Shown here: positions 29,843 to 37,186 of the stretch, in pieces
Position numbering within the stretch: the first letter of the stretch is position 1
How the letters are laid out: each line of letters begins with the position of its first letter
IMG/VR virus record: IMGVR_UViG_3300009163_000025
Span: 1 to 64,000 of that record
Source of the DNA: a virus
DNA length: 64,000 nucleotides
Reading direction: 5' to 3' (one strand)
Notes under the pieces: model-generated
Databases searched by the model: none
What the model saw: the letters and a program-made list of their open reading frames with translations, nothing else
Told to the model about the DNA's origin: nothing
Program-made: the position numbers and the translations under genes

Positions 29843-31111
29843 TCAACTACCATCATTTGCGATTTGAAGCCTCAACTCTTGCAGTTGGTGTAAGGTAATT
29901 TTATCGAAAAATCCATAGCCGAAGTGTGTATCAGAATCCATGATTTTAAAATTCTTTTCGTTGAAAACAAAACTTAGCGATCTGTAGTAATTTCTTGAGT
30001 CACCAAAACGCATTGCATGAATGAAATCATGAAACGCATCACTTTCTTCTAAGATTTTTTGCGCTGGTTCTTTAATTCCATTCCAGAATGGTGTATCGTG
30101 AATACTGCCATCACGATACATGTATGCGATAACAGTAGCAACATTATTAATTTCAGCAGATATTACCGCATTTGCTCCTTCTTTTGATCCACCATATGCA
30201 ATATACCCAACAATTGCACGATTGATTGTGTCATATAAGTGTAGTGAATTTGCAAATAGCGGTTCGAAAAATACAGCACGATTACCATTCTTAAAAATTC
30301 TTTTACCAATAATTTGTTTAGCACGATATGAATTGAATTTGTATTCAATATTTTGCAACTCTTCTACAGGAACACCAATCTCTTTAGAGAAATTTTGAAG
30401 TGCTTCTTCTTTCGTTGTTATTGTATCATTAAAAAGATATCCATAACTTTTTCTATTGGTTAATGGCACACCAAACATCCATCCATCCGGTGTCGCTCTA
30501 TGTAATGTATATTTCCATCCTTCTTTATCATCCTCTTGAACATTATGAACAAGGCAATGATTGACTGTTTGAACGGGCATCAAACTGTAATCTTCATATG
30601 ATTTTGGAAACCCACGACAATCTACAACAAAATCGTAATTGTGTTCTTCACCATCGATAACCATAGTGACTTTATCATCATGCTCCGTCATTGAATCGAC
30701 TGTACCAACTACTTCTTTAAATTTTTCACGCCAAACTTTTTTGAGTCTAGGTATTGCAAATTCTCTAAGTTTAAATGTATTAAAATGAATCGCCGCACTA
30801 CCATTAATTAATGGATTGTGAAAGTCGTGTTCACGCCAATTTTCAAATTTTGTTGTTAGTTTTAATGTTGCGTCTAATTCTTCTAAATTATCATACAAAT
30901 TAAATCGTGTACCATATTCAAGCGCAGTAATGAATGTTGGATTTGTACTCTCACCAATTCCTACAATAGGAATAGATGGATCATGAATTGACACAACCTC
31001 AAATTCAAGCCCATCAAGCCAAGCAAGAAAAAAAGATAATGACTGAATGCCAGCACTACCAGTTCCAATAACTGCAACTTTTTTCTTTATGATTTCTTTT
31101 ACACTATGCAT
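29843..31111 (-). CDS. Flavin-dependent tryptophan-halogenase-family protein
   Basis: GTGSAG, VGIGEST.P, AT.K, VDCRGF, GWMFGVP, FFEPL. Confidence 0.8.
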   Translation of the reverse strand: MHSVKEIIKKKVAVIGTGSAGIQSLSFFLAWLDGLEFEVVSIHDPSIPIVGIGESTNPTFITALEYGTRFNLYDNLEELDATLKLTTKFENWREHDFHNPLINGSAAIHFNTFKLREFAIPRLKKVWREKFKEVVGTVDSMTEHDDKVTMVIDGEEHNYDFVVDCRGFPKSYEDYSLMPVQTVNHCLVHNVQEDDKEGWKYTLHRATPDGWMFGVPLTNRKSYGYLFNDTITTKEEALQNFSKEIGVPVEELQNIEYKFNSYRAKQIIGKRIFKNGNRAVFFEPLFANSLHLYDTINRAIVGYIAYGGSKEGANAVISAEINNVATVIAYMYRDGSIHDTPFWNGIKEPAQKILEESDAFHDFIHAMRFGDSRNYYRSLSFVFNEKNFKIMDSDTHFGYGFFDKITLHQLQELRLQIANDGS

Positions 31112-31136
31112 TATTTCTCCTTAACGAATTTTATAA

Positions 31137-31742
31137 TTATTCAACTTTTTTCATCGTATTAAAACTAATAATCACTCTATTCTTAGTTTGATTTTGTTCA
31201 TAGTTTGACCCATGCTTTAACCAACTAGGAAAGAATAAAATATCTCCCGCACCAACTTTAATAGTCCAAAGATCGACAGTATACATTGTTTTGATTTTAG
31301 TTGGTGTTAAACATTTTATTTGATTCAATGGCGCATCAAATGTTATACCTGTACTATCCTCATCAACATTAATGTATATAGCGGCTGATGCCCAACTATC
31401 TGGATGATAATGTTGTTTTAAAACGCTACCTTCATGCTGTATTGCATACCATGAATTTGTGATAGCCAATCGATACATTCCAAATTTTTCTGCGTATTCA
31501 TTAATGCCATTTTCAAGAAATTCATACAGCCCATGACAACTTGGAATATTTTTTTCTAATTCTTGAATGAATAATGTTTCTTCAAGATAACTTGTCCTAA
31601 CGTTTCCAGTTAAAGTGTCGTGTGAAGTGCCGTGTGGTTTTGCCATTATATATTCAAATATATCTTTTCGGCGCTGTTCTTCAATGACACCTCTGTGCCA
31701 TCTAACCAAAGTTGGGAATATATCAAAGTCTATTGTTTCCAT
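31137..31742 (-). CDS. 2OG-Fe(II) oxygenase (TIGR02466-like)
   Basis: HxH..S..SA..Y, FFPSWL.H, R..ISFN. Confidence 0.85.
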   Translation of the reverse strand: METIDFDIFPTLVRWHRGVIEEQRRKDIFEYIMAKPHGTSHDTLTGNVRTSYLEETLFIQELEKNIPSCHGLYEFLENGINEYAEKFGMYRLAITNSWYAIQHEGSVLKQHYHPDSWASAAIYINVDEDSTGITFDAPLNQIKCLTPTKIKTMYTVDLWTIKVGAGDILFFPSWLKHGSNYEQNQTKNRVIISFNTMKKVE

Positions 31743-31743
31743 A

Positions 31744-32265
31744 TCAAACGAAAAATGTAAATGTTAATCGGGAATCTTCAATTGTAGTTCCAAAAAATCT
31801 TTGTGGACGATGAAGTATATTCTTATATAGCACAAGTCGGTTAAATTTATTTTCAACTACAATTTCTTTACCATTTGAAACCAAAATCGTTCCACTATTA
31901 GGTTCAGGTGTTTTATTTAGATAGATCACACCAGCACAAGAACATTGATCTGTGTGCCACCAATGCCGAACTGGTATATCATAATTAGCAAATTCTGGAA
32001 TGATTGCAAGATATGCACTTGCCTTTGTGTAATCGAATTTAACTGACTTTGATACTATTTGTTTCAATGTATCAATTTGAGTCTTACTGATATCCGTAGA
32101 ACGATATCCACGCCACATTGCAGGCGGCCGTGAAGGTTCATTGGAGTCAATTTGAACTCCATCAATAATCCTGTCTTCAAATGTATAATAAGTTGCAATC
32201 CTTGAAAGTGCGACTAATTGATCTGGATCAGATAAAATGTTATCAACTACAATATAATCATTCAT
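31744..32265 (-). CDS. DUF6445-like 2OG-Fe(II) oxygenase-fold protein
   Basis: HTD, AGVIYL....GT, FNRLVLY...H, RLT.TFF. Confidence 0.65.
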   Translation of the reverse strand: MNDYIVVDNILSDPDQLVALSRIATYYTFEDRIIDGVQIDSNEPSRPPAMWRGYRSTDISKTQIDTLKQIVSKSVKFDYTKASAYLAIIPEFANYDIPVRHWWHTDQCSCAGVIYLNKTPEPNSGTILVSNGKEIVVENKFNRLVLYKNILHRPQRFFGTTIEDSRLTFTFFV

Positions 32266-32270
32266 AATTA

Positions 32271-32345
32271 TGGCCCGACCTGAGGGAATCGAACCCCCAT
32301 AATGACTTTAGAAGAATCATGTCCTATCCGTTGAACGAAGGTCGG
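32271..32345 (-). tRNA. tRNA-Arg(TCT)
   Basis: Loop CTTCTAA, CCA. Confidence 0.85.
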
Positions 32346-32352
32346 AATAAAT

Positions 32353-32426
32353 TGGAGCGGGATATGAGAATCGAACTCATAACTGAAGTTTGGAAGACTG
32401 CCGTTTTACCACTAAACTAATCCCGC
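32353..32426 (-). tRNA. tRNA-Gly(TCC)
   Basis: Loop CTTCCAA, U73, CCA. Confidence 0.9.
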
Positions 32427-32429
32427 AAT

Positions 32430-32504
32430 TGGTGGAGATGGAGAGAATCGAACTCTCAATTTCTGGTTGCAAACCAGATGTGTTCCCATTAGCACTACAC
32501 CCCC
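32430..32504 (-). tRNA. tRNA-Ala(TGC)
   Basis: Loop TTTGCAA, G3:U70. Confidence 0.9.
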
Positions 32505-33086
32505 TTAAATATCTTTCTTAACGTAATGACAATTAATTGCAATACTCAATCTATCTTCATCACTACGATTTTCATTTACATAATGCATTAGCCAACTAGG
32601 AAAAATCAAAAGTGTTCCTGCGTTAGGTGCTACAACAAATATACTGCTGTTGAATTCATTATAACTACTAATAATTTCGTCGGAATAAGAATGCAATGCG
32701 GCCGCATTTGGTGTTGTAAATTCTATAGTTCCAAATTCTTTTTTTCCTATTGGATAATAAACCGCACTAAAAAAAGAAGTTGGATGTGTATGAGGTTTGC
32801 TTGTTACATAACAATTATTTATTGTACACCAAGCCTCTCTAATTTTTAAAAAATATTCATCACTAAATCCATATCGTTTGTATACTTCATTAAATTTATT
32901 TTCAACATGATCGAATAAGTCTTTGATAACACCACTAACATTTTCTTGTCTTATCCAAGATTGATGATCCGACATACGATTTTTTTCTGTGATAAGATTT
33001 TTACGACAAAAATTAACAATTGACTCATTGTCCAATGATAATTGATCCACCGCTAAAAATGTTGTAAATATGTTCGTATATTGCAT
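32505..33086 (-). CDS. 2OG-Fe(II) oxygenase (TIGR02466-like)
   Basis: HTHP.S.FSAVYY, IFPSWL.H.V, RLSIA.N. Confidence 0.85.
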   Translation of the reverse strand: MQYTNIFTTFLAVDQLSLDNESIVNFCRKNLITEKNRMSDHQSWIRQENVSGVIKDLFDHVENKFNEVYKRYGFSDEYFLKIREAWCTINNCYVTSKPHTHPTSFFSAVYYPIGKKEFGTIEFTTPNAAALHSYSDEIISSYNEFNSSIFVVAPNAGTLLIFPSWLMHYVNENRSDEDRLSIAINCHYVKKDI

Positions 33087-33106
33087 AAATTCCCCACAAA
33101 ATAAAT

Positions 33107-33180
33107 TGGTCTCGATGGCAAGAATCGAACTTGCGCCTCATGGTCCCAAACCACGAATGATACCATTTCACCACACCGAG
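33107..33180 (-). tRNA. tRNA-Pro(TGG)
   Basis: Loop TTTGGGA, C1:G72, CCA. Confidence 0.9.
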
Positions 33181-33213
33181 TTTTCTCTATTATACATCAA
33201 TCTGCTATCAATG

Positions 33214-33957
33214 TCAAAGCAAATTGATTATATTCTTTACCAGACTGTCTACGTCATTTCTTGTTTTGCCGCCAAGAACAACAATTGCAAATCTGTCTTC
33301 TCTTTTATGTACAATCATCACAACGCATTTACCAGCAAGATTTGTTGTTCCGGTCTTGGACATTTCAATCACATCAAATTTAGATAACAAATTTTTATTT
33401 GTGCTATTGATTTCAATCAATCGCTCTCTATTCTTTTTATCATACACATGAAGATCATATTCACGCAATGATGCAATTTCTTTTATCTTCTCAATGTTAT
33501 ACGCATAATTCAGTAGTGTAACTAACTCAACTGCATTACTCACATTCTTTGGACTCAATCCAGATGGGTCATCAAACTTTGTATTAACCATTCCTAACAT
33601 TTCTGCTTTACGATTCATTTGATATACGAACCATGCTTTACCATGATTGCTATCTGCTAATGCATCGGCTGCCTTGTTGTCACTTTTAACTAATAACAAA
33701 TTCAACAATTCTTCTCTAGTAAATTTTTTGCTAGAGAAAAACATTCCCCTATATGTAACTTTCTCATCCAATGGCAGTCCACTCTCCATGATAACAATAG
33801 CAGTCATCAATTTCGTAATACTTGCAATTGGTTTTACATCATAAATTTCAGAGTCAACTATTGGAATATCTTTTGTTATGTTATGTGCGTAAACTGTTAT
33901 TGCATTTGCATTCATACACATAAAAACTGTGAGTATGCAATATAGTATTTTTTTCAT
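33214..33957 (-). CDS. D-alanyl-D-alanine peptidase, peptidase S11 (PBP5/PBP7-like)
   Basis: SxxK (ASITKLMT), SxN (SDN), KTG motifs; signal peptide. Confidence 0.9.
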   Translation of the reverse strand: MKKILYCILTVFMCMNANAITVYAHNITKDIPIVDSEIYDVKPIASITKLMTAIVIMESGLPLDEKVTYRGMFFSSKKFTREELLNLLLVKSDNKAADALADSNHGKAWFVYQMNRKAEMLGMVNTKFDDPSGLSPKNVSNAVELVTLLNYAYNIEKIKEIASLREYDLHVYDKKNRERLIEINSTNKNLLSKFDVIEMSKTGTTNLAGKCVVMIVHKREDRFAIVVLGGKTRNDVDSLVKNIINLL

Positions 33958-33967
33958 ATTTACTTTC

Positions 33968-34042
33968 TGGTACCTTGTGACAGGATCGAACTGCCGACCT
34001 TCTCCGTGTAAAGGAGTTACTCTACCGCTGAGTTAACAAGGC
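33968..34042 (-). tRNA. tRNA-Val(TAC)
   Basis: Loop TTTACAC, CCA. Confidence 0.9.
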
Positions 34043-34047
34043 GTTAT

Positions 34048-34121
34048 TGGTGCCCCTTGACAGAATCGAACTGCCGTAACCTGATTACAAAACAGGCGTA
34101 ATACCATTATACTAAAGGGGC
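34048..34121 (-). tRNA. tRNA-Thr(TGT)
   Basis: Loop TTTGTAA, CCA. Confidence 0.9.
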
Positions 34122-34140
34122 TCATACTTTATATATCTAT

Positions 34141-34214
34141 TGGCAGAGGGTACAAGAATCGAACTTGTGACAACGGAATCAAAATCCGTGGTTATACCAT
34201 TTAACTAACCCCCA
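34141..34214 (-). tRNA. tRNA-Gln(TTG)
   Basis: Loop TTTTGAT; U1:U72 mismatch; CCA. Confidence 0.88.
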
Positions 34215-34219
34215 ACATT

Positions 34220-34309
34220 TGGTGGAAGCGGTGAGATTCGAACTCACGGACCCTTTCGGATCGACAGTTTTCAAGACTGTTGCCATAAACCTGACTCGAC
34301 CACGCTTCC
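34220..34309 (-). tRNA. tRNA-Ser(TGA)
   Basis: Loop CTTGAAA, long variable arm. Confidence 0.9.
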
Positions 34310-34315
34310 ATTAAT

Positions 34316-34390
34316 TGGCACCCAATGAAGGAATCAAACCTCCAACTCCTCGTTCGTAGCAAGGTGTGATATTCATTTCACTAATCGGGT
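34316..34390 (-). tRNA. tRNA-Arg(ACG)
   Basis: Loop CTACGAA; variant T-loop TTTGATT. Confidence 0.85.
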
Positions 34391-34393
34391 AAT

Positions 34394-34476
34394 TGGTGCC
34401 CCAAGAGAGACTTGAACTCTCACGCACTAGGCACTGGCTTCTAAGACCAGCGTGTCTACCATTCCACCATCGGGGC
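34394..34476 (-). tRNA. tRNA-Leu(TAG)
   Basis: Loop CTTAGAA, long variable arm. Confidence 0.9.
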
Positions 34477-34484
34477 AATATACT

Positions 34485-34558
34485 TGGTACCCAGTAGAGG
34501 TATCGATCCTCTGATTAACGCTTATCAAGCGTTTGTTATACCATTTAACTAACCGGGC
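34485..34558 (-). tRNA. tRNA-Ile(GAT)
   Basis: Loop TTGATAA; T-loop ATCGATA. Confidence 0.85.
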
Positions 34559-34563
34559 ATATT

Positions 34564-34639
34564 TGGTACCGACTTCAGGTTACGATCCTGATTCTCTGGT
34601 TTTTCAAACCAGCGCAATGACCACACTTGCTCAATCGGC
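34564..34639 (-). tRNA. tRNA-Phe(GAA)
   Basis: Loop TTGAAAA; T-loop ATCGTAA; 5' end overlaps the stop of the upstream CDS. Confidence 0.82.
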
Positions 34640-35215
34640 AGAACCATTTCCGTTCTTAAATCCTACTACACCACCTTCTTCTTTGATGCGTTTGATAACG
34701 TCTTCAAAAAGAATTGGCGTGTAATCTGTTTGTTCTACACATACACAATAGTATCTTGGATCGGGAACTGGAACACCATACTTACCTACTGGTTGCATCA
34801 TCACTCTGTTAGAATGTAGATGCCCATGAATGTTCACACCGAATCTTCCAAGACTGTCTACGTGAATAGGAATGTGAGAAAGAATCATTCCGTTCATTAC
34901 ATGATAAGCACGTAACTCTCTAAAATATTTTCTATACTCATCATCACGAAAAATATCGTGATTACCACGAATTAAAACTTTGTCACCATTTAGCCTACTC
35001 ATAATGCCTAGACTTTTACGATTGATAACAACATCGCCTAGATGATAAACTTTATCGTTAGGGCGAACTCTATCATTCCAGCGCCTAACCATTTCTTCAT
35101 CCATCTCATCTGCATTATCCCATGGACGTAGTTTTGTCACACCATCATTACGCATGAATCTACACACACCAGTGTGACCAAAGTGTGTGTCACTAACTAA
35201 AAATACTGATGGCAT
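34631..35215 (-). CDS. Calcineurin-like phosphoesterase
   Basis: SDTHFGH, YHLGD, GNHD, SH.P, HGHLH. Confidence 0.9.
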   Translation of the reverse strand: MPSVFLVSDTHFGHTGVCRFMRNDGVTKLRPWDNADEMDEEMVRRWNDRVRPNDKVYHLGDVVINRKSLGIMSRLNGDKVLIRGNHDIFRDDEYRKYFRELRAYHVMNGMILSHIPIHVDSLGRFGVNIHGHLHSNRVMMQPVGKYGVPVPDPRYYCVCVEQTDYTPILFEDVIKRIKEEGGVVGFKNGNGSAD

Positions 35216-35229
35216 ATATTACTCCTTTG

Positions 35230-35304
35230 TGGGGTGTCTAATGAGGATCGAACTCATACGGAGGGAATCACAATCCCTAATGCTACCACTACATCATAGA
35301 CACC
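35230..35304 (-). tRNA. tRNA-His(GTG)
   Basis: Loop TTGTGAT, encoded G-1:C73. Confidence 0.9.
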
Positions 35305-35312
35305 ATAAAAAT

Positions 35313-35387
35313 TGGTAGGGGCACCGAGAATCGAACTCGGATTAATAGGTTAAAAGCCTACTACTTTAGCCGTTAAGTTATGCCCCC
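35313..35387 (-). tRNA. tRNA-Lys(TTT)
   Basis: Loop CTTTTAA, CCA. Confidence 0.9.
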
Positions 35388-35391
35388 ATAT

Positions 35392-35466
35392 TGGTGGTTC
35401 AGGTTGGATTCGAGCCAACGACCTACTCCGTATGAAGGAGTTGCACTACCGCTGTGCTACTGAACC
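35392..35466 (-). tRNA. tRNA-Met(CAT), elongator
   Basis: Loop TTCATAC, fully paired acceptor stem. Confidence 0.8.
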
Positions 35467-35469
35467 GAT

Positions 35470-35555
35470 TGGTGGAGAATCAGGGATTCGAACCCCGTAT
35501 ACCTTAAGGTGACAGATTTACAGTCTGCTGAAGTCGCCAATGCTTCTCATTCTCC
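35470..35555 (-). tRNA. tRNA-Tyr(GTA)
   Basis: Loop CTGTAAA, long variable arm. Confidence 0.9.
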
Positions 35556-35561
35556 GTTGTT

Positions 35562-35640
35562 TGGCTCCGAGTAAGAGAATCGAACTCTTCTAACCAGTGA
35601 TTAACAGTCACGCCCATGCACCTTGCTCGGGTTTCTCGGA
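35562..35640 (-). tRNA. tRNA-Asn(GTT)
   Basis: Loop CTGTTAA; enlarged D-arm. Confidence 0.85.
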
Positions 35641-35644
35641 ATAA

Positions 35645-35857
35645 ATGCTTTCTCTCTGCGGCGGTAATTATAGTACTAATGGACTCTGAGGACGTCTGTT
35701 TTACCAGACACTCATACCACGTACCCTCCACCCGCTCCCCGACCAGAGAAAACTCTCGTATTGCCAACGCTACTTTGGTAAGAGTAGTACCACACTTGAG
35801 TAACGAACTCACTTCACTTCCTGCGTGTCACAGTAGCCAGACGTTACTCCAGCGGGT
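35645..35857 (-). ncRNA. Unidentified ~210-nt structured RNA between tRNA-fMet and tRNA-Asn
   Basis: GC-rich, multiple nested and pseudoknot-type pairings; no credible ORF. Confidence 0.65.
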
Positions 35858-35858
35858 T

Positions 35859-35931
35859 TGGTTGCAGGTAGTGGTAACGCTCCACTCTCGCTATGGCTTA
35901 TGAGACCATGCGGGTCCTTGACCTACCTGCG
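35859..35931 (-). tRNA. Initiator-type tRNA-fMet(CAT), atypical
   Basis: Loop CTCATAA, C1:A72 mismatch, A73-CCA; short D-arm, T-loop AGCGTTA. Confidence 0.75.
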
Positions 35932-35934
35932 ATA

Positions 35935-36390
35935 TTACTTTATAACTTGTAGATACTCGTAATTAACTGTATCTTCGTTTTCTCTAAACACTATTGCACC
36001 ATTACGTGTATGAAACCTTTTGGCTAAATCAGTCTTTGGTGATAGTGTCACAAATCGTTTAATGTCTGGATTGTTTTCTTTGATAGATTTTACCGCTTCA
36101 AATATCAATGTGCGACCTGCTCCTGGTGCGTAACTCCATATCGTATAGAATACAGCAACATCTGGCGTATCACAAATCTCAAACAACTCAGATTCTTTTG
36201 TTGGAATCATGTTTTGATAACTAACACATGTCATTGCTTTCACTTCATCTTGTTCATTGCGGAACACAAAGATATCTCTGTTCTTTCCGATTCTATCAAC
36301 GTGAGGAATGTTTGGGCGAACTGGATCGTCAATCAAAAATTCAAAAAACTTATCAGTCAATTCTTTTATAGTACGTATCATATTATTCAT
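35935..36390 (-). CDS. Hypothetical protein resembling the GNAT-fold malonyl-CoA decarboxylase C-terminal domain
   Basis: AVFYTIWS, GAGR.LI, KRFVTLSP motifs. Confidence 0.5.
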   Translation of the reverse strand: MNNMIRTIKELTDKFFEFLIDDPVRPNIPHVDRIGKNRDIFVFRNEQDEVKAMTCVSYQNMIPTKESELFEICDTPDVAVFYTIWSYAPGAGRTLIFEAVKSIKENNPDIKRFVTLSPKTDLAKRFHTRNGAIVFRENEDTVNYEYLQVIK

Positions 36391-36414
36391 TTCTTAAAAT
36401 TATAAATCGTCATA

Positions 36415-36422
36415 TATTTATA
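36415..36422 (-). promoter_or_regulatory. T4-type late promoter inside tRNA array
   Basis: TATAAATA on the minus strand, 24 nt upstream of the 36390 ATG. Confidence 0.55.
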
Positions 36423-36429
36423 TAAAATC

Positions 36430-36505
36430 TGGCGGTCTTAGGGGGTAACGATCCCCACTCTTATGGCGTGACAAGCCATCGTGCGTCCATGAACACTTTA
36501 AGACC
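36430..36505 (-). tRNA. tRNA-Asp(GTC)
   Basis: Loop TTGTCAC, G73, CCA. Confidence 0.88.
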
Positions 36506-36510
36506 AATCT

Positions 36511-36598
36511 TGGCGGAGAGTATCAGATTCGAACTGATGCATCGCTTTCGCAATGACGGTTTAGCAAACCGCTGGTTTAACCACTCACCCAACTCTCC
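36511..36598 (-). tRNA. tRNA-Ser(GCT)
   Basis: Loop TTGCTAA, long variable arm. Confidence 0.9.
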
Positions 36599-36604
36599 TT
36601 TGTT

Positions 36605-36681
36605 TGGAATAGGTGACAGGACTCGAACCTGCATGAAACGGATTTGCAATCCGTAGCCTAACCATTCGGCGACACACCTAC
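36605..36681 (-). tRNA. tRNA-Cys(GCA)
   Basis: Loop TTGCAAA, U73. Confidence 0.9.
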
Positions 36682-36692
36682 GTATCTAATTC

Positions 36693-36820
36693 TACCATTT
36701 GTTTTGCTGACGCACTATTTGCAAAGCCTCAACGGAATTGGTGGCCACACTACCGTTTATTGACAGAGTTACTCAAGGTTGACGTTTACCTCATGGCTTA
36801 CGTCAGCAAAACAAATGGTA
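36693..36820 (-). ncRNA. Unidentified ~125-nt RNA closed by a perfect 20-bp inverted repeat
   Basis: 36693-36712 is the exact reverse complement of 36801-36820; internal hairpins. Confidence 0.6.
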
Positions 36821-36890
36821 CTCGGTAGGGGAATCGAACCCCTCTTTCCGGCGTGAAAGGCCAGCGTCCTAACCGATAGACGAACCGAGC
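36816..36890 (-). tRNA. tRNA-Glu(TTC)
   Basis: Loop CTTTCAC, CCA. Confidence 0.9.
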
Positions 36891-36905
36891 ATTTGACAGG
36901 CAAAT

Positions 36906-36936
36906 TGTTAAAGAACATTTGATTGATTTCTCAATC
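36906..36936 (-). promoter_or_regulatory. rrn-like antitermination signal boxB-boxA
   Basis: Hairpin GATTGA-GAAA-TCAATC (36936-36921), then TGTTCTTTAACA (36917-36906); rrn boxA is TGCTCTTTAACA. Confidence 0.7.
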
Positions 36937-36945
36937 TATGAATAG

Positions 36946-37008
36946 AGTATAACACGATACGCTATCCATGTCAACAATATTTTTTGGTACTGTTGTTTTT
37001 TGTAAACA
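36946..37008 (-). promoter_or_regulatory. Sigma70 promoter of tRNA array with upstream box
   Basis: TTGACA(36974-36969)-17-TATACT(36951-36946); degenerate box 36991-37008. Confidence 0.8.
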
Positions 37009-37009
37009 C

Positions 37010-37044
37010 AAATAAAAATCCCCTAGTTTTTTAGGCTAGGGGGC
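37010..37044 (-). terminator. Intrinsic terminator (attenuator)
   Basis: CCCCTAG-loop-CTAGGGG followed by ATTTTTATTT. Confidence 0.85.
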
Positions 37045-37072
37045 TTTTGTTTGCATTTAAGGTTTTTGGTCC

Positions 37073-37186
37073 TCAGGTGCAAGCCCCCATTCCAGGTGTG
37101 TGGCAATCGGCAATCTCAAAGCGAGAATTACCCTGCCAACTTGATGGCATATAATTCGTCTTTGACTGTACCGATAATAGTTTCAT
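37073..37186 (-). CDS. 37-aa leader peptide containing all 20 amino acids (putative attenuator leader)
   Basis: MKLLSVQSKTNYMPSSWQGNSRFEIADCHTPGMGACT*; TAATG overlap with the mazG-like stop; 3' codons complementary to the terminator 5' arm. Confidence 0.75.
   Translation of the reverse strand: MKLLSVQSKTNYMPSSWQGNSRFEIADCHTPGMGACT

Noticed and set aside
34220-34476. tRNAs with anticodons TGA and TAG (and TAA at 29758) as stop-codon suppressors or signs of recoding
   Set aside because: These anticodons read UCA, CUA and UUA (Ser, Leu, Leu). No CTA, TCA or TTA anticodon is present, and genes translate intact with the standard code.
35504-35903. ORFs 35504-35812 (-) and 35616-35903 (+) from the ORF track
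   Set aside because: They overlap tRNA-Tyr, tRNA-Asn, tRNA-fMet and the structured RNA, have no SD and show no protein-like motifs.
36693-36820. Hammerhead, pistol or HDV-like (theta) ribozyme in the tRNA trailer
   Set aside because: CTGACG is not followed by the CUGANGA...GAAA core, and I could not build pistol or HDV topologies by eye; kept only as an unidentified RNA.
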